In this document: piece by piece, positions 7,794 through 13,851 of the stretch
Numbering within the stretch: the first letter of the stretch is position 1
Layout: every line of letters begins with the position of its first letter
Source: Octopus sinensis
Taxonomy: Eukaryota
Assembly (NCBI RefSeq): GCF_006345805.1
Contig: NW_021825987.1
Location: 1 to 13,851 of the forward strand
Direction: 5' to 3'
Length of the DNA: 13,851 bases
Translations under genes and position numbers: made by a program
The notes under the pieces: model-generated
Told to the model about the DNA's origin: nothing
Seen by the model: only the letters and a program-made list of their open reading frames with translations
The model's database searches: none

Positions 7794-7911
7794 TATGAAT
7801 AGAGAGGGAAAGAAAGAATAAGAAATATTCCGAAGACATTGATAAACAATGTGTTCGTGTCTAAATCTATATATACGTGTGTGGCTGTGTGGTGGGGTAT
7901 ATACATATATA
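7675..7911 (+). repeat. Source copy of a ~240-bp local duplication
   Basis: Identical by eye to 9619-9859 outside the internal (TG)n. Confidence 0.95.
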
Positions 7912-8397
<486 letters not shown>

Positions 8398-8779
8398 AAA
8401 TTAGCAATAAAAAACCACCACCCAGCACCGACAAGGCTGAAGACATACATACACACACACACACACACACAACACACGCAACAGTTAGAAACATATATGT
8501 ATATATAGACACATCTATACACGTATACACATCTGTACACATCTGCTGAAATAAGAACTCATACACAAATATTCGCATATACACATGTATACACGTATAC
8601 ACACAAACCCACATACCCATATACATATATAGACACATATAGACATATACTCATATACAGTCACACCTATAATATATATATATATATATATAATATATAT
8701 ATATATAACATACACATATATACACAAACGTACTTATAAACACATATGCACATAGAAACATACGTCCATATACAAATAT

Positions 8780-9674
8780 ATATATCCGTATACAGATACA
8801 TACATATATACACATATATACTATGTAAACATCTATACAAATATACACATATATAAACAAACATATATACACATGAGCGCACTCATATATATGTGCATAT
8901 ATACACACATATATACATATATACACATATATTAAAAAACATTCATATGCGCATATACGCATATATACATACGTTCACATAAATACACATACATATACAT
9001 ACACAGATATACACCTATGCATATACACCGACAGGTACGTACAGATGGATATACACACACGTGTATCTGCATATATACACACATATACACATATATACAT
9101 ATATACACATATATTAAAAAACACTCATATACGCATATACTCATATATACATACGTTCACATAAACACACATATATATACATACACAGATACACACCTAT
9201 GCATACACACATAGATAGGTGCATACAGATGGATATACACACACGTATATTTGCATATATACGCACATATACACATATATACATATATACACATATATTG
9301 AAAAACACACTCATATATACACACATATACACATATATACATATATACACATATATTGAAAAACACACTCATATACGCATATACGCATATATACATACGT
9401 TCACATATACACACATACATATACATACAGACACACACATATGCATACACACATAGATAGGTACATAGAGATGGATATACACACACGTGTATTTGCATAT
9501 ATACACACATATACACATATATACATATATACACATATATTAAAAAACACTCATAAACGCATATACTCATATATACATACGTTCACATAAACACACATAC
9601 ATATACATACAGACATACAGTTATTTCAAACCCGAAAAATTAATACATAAAAACATGATAATGCATTTGCATGC

Positions 9675-9745
<71 letters not shown>

Positions 9746-9916
9746 AATAGAGAGGGAAAGAAAGAATAAGAAATATTCCGAAGACATTGATAAACAATGT
9801 GTTCGTGTCTAAATCTATATATACGTGTGTGGCTGTGTGGTGGGGTATATACATATATACCTATGCATGCACACATAGATAGGTACATACAGATGGATAT
9901 ACACACGTGTATTTGC

Positions 9917-9947
<31 letters not shown>

Positions 9948-10275
9948 TATACACATATATTGAAAAATACGCTCATATACGCATATACTCATATATACAT
10001 ACGTTCACATAAATACACATATATATACATACACAGACACACACCTATGCATACACACATAGACAGGTACATAGTGATGGATATACACACACGTGTATTT
10101 GCATATATACACACATATATACATATATACACATATATTGAAAAGCACACTCATATACGCATATACTCATATATACATACGTTCACATAAACACACATAC
10201 ATATACATACAGACACACACCTATCCATGCACACATAGATAGGTACATACAGATGGATATACATACGTGTATTTG

Positions 10276-10307
<32 letters not shown>

Positions 10308-10456
10308 TATACACATATATTAAAAAACACTCATATACGTATATACGCATATATACATACGTACACATATACACACATATATATTCATACAGACACACAC
10401 CTATGCATACACACATAGATAGGTACATACAGATGGATATGCACACGTGTATTTGC

Positions 10457-10487
<31 letters not shown>

Positions 10488-10640
10488 TATACACATATAT
10501 TGAAAAGCACACTCATATACGCATATACTCATATATACATACGTTCACATAAACACACATACATATACATACAGACACACACCTATGCATACACACATAG
10601 ACAGGTACACACAGATGTATATATACACACACACGTGTGT
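8780..10640. repeat. ~180-bp minisatellite built from CA/TA microsatellite, about 9 units
   Basis: Marker acgt(t/a)cacat at 8971, 9153, 9397, 9579, 10001, 10179, 10359 and 10541, giving spacings 182, 244, 182, 422, 178, 180, 182. Confidence 0.92.
9619..9859 (+). repeat. Duplicated ~240-bp segment inserted in the minisatellite
   Basis: Copy of 7675-7911; accounts for the 422-bp spacing (182 + 240). Confidence 0.95.
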
Positions 10641-10849
10641 ATATGTGAGCGTGCGTGAGTGTGTATAAATCTATGCGAATGTGTAACCTTGGTACTTTAT
10701 ATTTTTTAATTTCCTCTATCGTTATTAAATGAATTTATCCGCCATTTTATTTCCATCTAGTTTCACTTTCTTCATAATTTTGTCGCTTCTTACTTAATTT
10801 TATTCTCCAGTTTTTCTTCGCCATTATAAAAAAAAAAATTCATTCTGCA

Positions 10850-11125
10850 CCTTTCGTCTTCTATTATTTTATTCTTCTTCTCCTTTCTTCTTTTTTTCTT
10901 TTTTCTTATTCCTTTTTCTTCTTCTTTATTTTTCTTATATTTTTCTTTGTATTTTTTTTCACTTTTTATTTTACTCTTAAGTTGTTTTCTAATTCTTAGT
11001 TTTTCTTCATTTTCCATTTTTCTTCATAGCCTTATTCATTGTCTTCTACCTTCCTTCTTTCGTCTTCTTCTTCTCCTCCCCCTCCTCCCCCTTCTCCTCC
11101 TTGTTCTTCTACTGCCTCTTTTCTT
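10850..11125. repeat. Pyrimidine-rich (TTC/TCC/T) low-complexity tract
   Basis: Direct inspection. Confidence 0.85.
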
Positions 11126-11301
11126 CTTTCTTTTTTCCTTATTCCTCTTTTACTCTTTTACTTGTTTCAGTCATGGGATTTTTTGCGTAGGGTGAAAGTG
11201 TTAACAAGAACAGGATTTCGATTTGCTCGACTAAAGGCGGTGCTCCAGCATGGCCGCAGTCAAATGACTGAGACAAATAAAAGAGTAAATGAATAAAAGA
11301 A
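11126..11301. mobile_element. Fold-back unit made of two opposed SINE 3' tails around a ~43-bp spacer
   Basis: tttactcttttacttgtttcagtcat (ends 11174) is the near-perfect reverse complement of atgactgagacaaataaaagagtaaa (from 11264). The right arm from ~11218 is the SINE 3' end. Confidence 0.75.
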
Positions 11302-11331
11302 TATATATATAAACACACATATATATATATA

Positions 11332-11728
11332 CAGGAGTGGCTATGTGGTAAGTAGCTTGCTAACCAGCCACATGGTTCCGGGTTCAGTCCCACTGCGTGG
11401 CATCTTGGGCAAGTGTCTTCTGCTATAGCCCCGGGCCGACCAATGCCTTGTCACAGGATTTGGTAGACGGAAACTAGAAAGAAGCCTGTCGTATATATGT
11501 ATATATATTTATATACATGTGTGTGTGTGTTTGTCCCCCTAGCGTTGCTTGACAACCGATGCTGGTGTGTTTACGTCCCCGTCACTTAGCGGTTCGGCAA
11601 AGAGACCGATAGAATAATTACTGGGCTTACAAAGAATAAGTCCCGGGGTCGATTTGCTCGACTAAAGGCGGTGCTCCAGCATTGCCGCAGTCAAATGACT
11701 GAAACAAGTAAAAAAAAGAGAAAAAAAA
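11332..11728 (+). mobile_element. Full-length tRNA-derived SINE (CORE-like central region)
   Basis: Pol III A-box TGGCTATGTGG 11338-11348 and B-box-like GGTTCAGTCCC 11381-11391; tcttgggcaagtgtctt central motif; internal TA/TG microsatellite; A-rich tail. Homologous to 1-200 and 2711-3130. Confidence 0.93.
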
Positions 11729-11759
11729 TATAATATATATATTATATATATCTATATAT

Positions 11760-11792
<33 letters not shown>

Positions 11793-12089
11793 CATATATG
11801 TGTGTGTACGTATGCATGTATATATATGTACATATATGTATATATATAATATGGGTGGACTAATTCGCAATTTTACAACCTAGTGACAGAAATATATACG
11901 TCACTGAAGTAAACAAGGGCTTTAATGAGCACCGGTATTGCTAGAAATAAGAGTGAAATCAACTTAACCACAAAAGCACTTTCTTAATGAGCTGACAAAG
12001 GAGATATATTTATATAGATGTACACGTGCGCGCGCATGCGCACACACACATGCACAACACATACACACACACACAAACATGACCATGCT

Positions 12090-12755
12090 CCTTATCATCA
12101 TCATTATCATCATTGTCAACAACAATTTCATCACCGCTAACGGCATCGTCGCCGTCGTCGTCGTCTTCGTCGTTATCGTTATCATAATCATTGTCATCAT
12201 TTTTTGTCATGGTGGCGATGGTTGTGATGAGAGTTTGTGGTGGTGGTGGTGGCGGTGGTGGTTGTGGTGATGGTAGTGGTGCTGGTGCTGGTGCTGGTGC
12301 TGGTGCTGGTGGTGGTAGTGGTGGTGGTGGCGGTGGTGGTGGTGGTGGTGCTGGTGCTGGTGCTGGTGCTATGGTGCTGGTGCGGTGCTGGTTGGGTGCT
12401 GGTGCTGGTGGTTGTGGTGGTAGTGGTGGTTGTGGCGTGGTGGTTGTGGTGATGGTAGTGTGGTGGTGGTGGTGGTGGTGGTTGTGGCGGTGGTGGTTGT
12501 GGTGATGGTAGTGGTGCTGGTGCTGGTGCTGGTGCTGGTGCTGGTGGTGGTAGTGGTGGTGGTGGCGGTGGTGTTGTGGTGATGGTAGTGGTGCTGGTGC
12601 TGGTGCTGGTGTGGTGATGGTGTGGTAGTGTGGTGGTGTGGCGGTGGTGGTGGTGGTGGTGCTGGTGCTGGTGCTGGTGCTGGTGATGGTGCTGGTGCTG
12701 GTGGTGGTAGTGGTAGTGGTGGTGGTGGCGGTGGTGGTTGTGGTGATGGTAGTGG

Positions 12756-12786
<31 letters not shown>

Positions 12787-13022
12787 GCTGGTGCTGGTGC
12801 TGGTGCTGGTGATGGTAGTGGTGGTGGTGGCGGTGGTGGTTGTGGTGATGGTAGTGGTGCTGGTGCTGGTGCTGGTGCTGGTGCTGGTGGTGGTAGTGGT
12901 GGTGGTGGCGGTGGTGGTGGTGGTGGTGCTGGTGCTGGTGCTGGTGCTGGTGCTGGTGCTGGTGCTGGTGCTGGTAGTGGTAGTGGTGGTGGTGGCGGTG
13001 GTGGTTGTGGTGATGGTAGTGG

Positions 13023-13053
<31 letters not shown>

Positions 13054-13365
13054 GCTGGTGCTGGTGCTGGTGTGGTGCTGGTGCTGTGATAGTGGTGGTG
13101 GTGCTGGTGGTGGTGTTGTTGGTGGTGCTGGTGATAGTGCTGGTGGTGCTGGTGGTGGTGTTGCTGGTGGTGCTGGTGCTGGTGGTGCTGGTGCTGGTGC
13201 TGGTGGTGGTGGTGGTGGTGGTGGTGATGGTGTGGTGATGGTGGTGGTGGTGGTGCTGGTGTGGTGGTGGTGGTGGTGGTGGTGGTGGTGACGGTGGTGG
13301 TGATGATGATGATGGTTGTGATGAGAGTTTGTGGTGGTGGTGGTGGTGGTAGTGGGGCTGGTGCC
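12090..13365. repeat. (ATC/GTC)n followed by ~1.1-kb (GGT)n/(GGTGCT)n compound array
   Basis: Recurrent higher-order unit ggcggtggtggttgtggtgatggtagtggt(gctggt)n. Confidence 0.92.
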
Positions 13366-13514
13366 GATGGTTGTGAGACGACGAAAATGTCTTGATTTCT
13401 TTATCTTAAAACCTCAGGAGAATTGTCAATTTTTCAATATATGAAAAACAACTGTTATACATGCATATACGTATATATATATATGTGTGAGTGTATTCAT
13501 ATGCATACATATGT

Positions 13515-13636
13515 ATGCTGGAGCACCGCCTTTAGTCGAGCAAATCGAAATCCTTTTCTTGTTAACACTTTCACCCTACGCAAAAAGTCCCATGACTGAA
13601 ACAAGTAAAAGAGTAAAGAATAAGGAAAAAAGAAAG
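13515..13636 (-). repeat. Inverted, truncated second copy of the 11126-11251 fold-back unit
   Basis: Reverse complement matches 11126-11251, including the non-SINE spacer, with only a few substitutions and short indels. Confidence 0.92.
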
Positions 13637-13851
13637 TATATGTAGATATATGTAAGTATATATGTATATATATATGTATATATATGTATATATATATATA
13701 TATATATATAATATATTATATATATATATATATATACATGCGTATAATATTTTTACTATATATATTGTGTGTATCAGCATATATATAAAATATACATATA
13801 TACATTTATATACGTATGCATACATGTGTGCATATACTTACGTATATACCC
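13637..13851. repeat. Degenerate (TA)n microsatellite
   Basis: Direct inspection. Confidence 0.9.

Noticed and set aside
8780-10640. CRISPR-like regular repeat
   Set aside because: Whole units are repeated with no unique spacers, there are no cas genes and the context is eukaryotic.
10790-11017. Lys/Glu-rich minus-strand ORF
   Set aside because: Translation of the pyrimidine-rich low-complexity tract.
11332-11400. tRNA gene
   Set aside because: Has A/B boxes but no complete cloverleaf, and it continues into a body repeated elsewhere in the window: a SINE head.
11882-11905. AGTGAC...GTCACT hairpin followed by CTGAAGT
   Set aside because: Only a 6-bp stem, with no matching stem II/GAAA arrangement; expected by chance.
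12191-13291. Silk-fibroin-like GAGAGA/GGGS ORFs
   Set aside because: The repeat shifts frame several times (~12370, ~12460, ~12610, ~13070) and is equally open as poly-Val/Leu; best explained as a non-coding microsatellite.

Overview
AT-rich, repeat-saturated eukaryotic DNA with no intact protein-coding gene. The SINE, microsatellite and transposon make-up looks cephalopod (Octopus-like); this is inferred from repeat style, not a search. Nearly all listed ORFs are translations of microsatellites. Recognisable content: three copies of a tRNA-derived SINE, a decayed Ty3/Gypsy integrase C-terminus, a CR1-type LINE 3' end, a frameshifted Penelope-like (PLE) GIY-YIG endonuclease remnant on the minus strand, a non-autonomous Helitron (possibly composite), a ~180-bp minisatellite carrying a ~240-bp templated insertion, and long (GGT)n, (TA)n, (TATG)n and (GATA)n tracts. 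The most interesting signal is a cluster of five minimal type I hammerhead ribozyme motifs between 1771 and 6358. Each has a palindromic stem III and sits in a short module next to (TA)n. Two show compensated variants of the C3-G8 core pair (A3-U8, U3-A8), and two neighbouring minus-strand motifs share the ACCGGT palindrome and could co-fold to excise a 376-nt RNA. All folds and alignments were done by eye.
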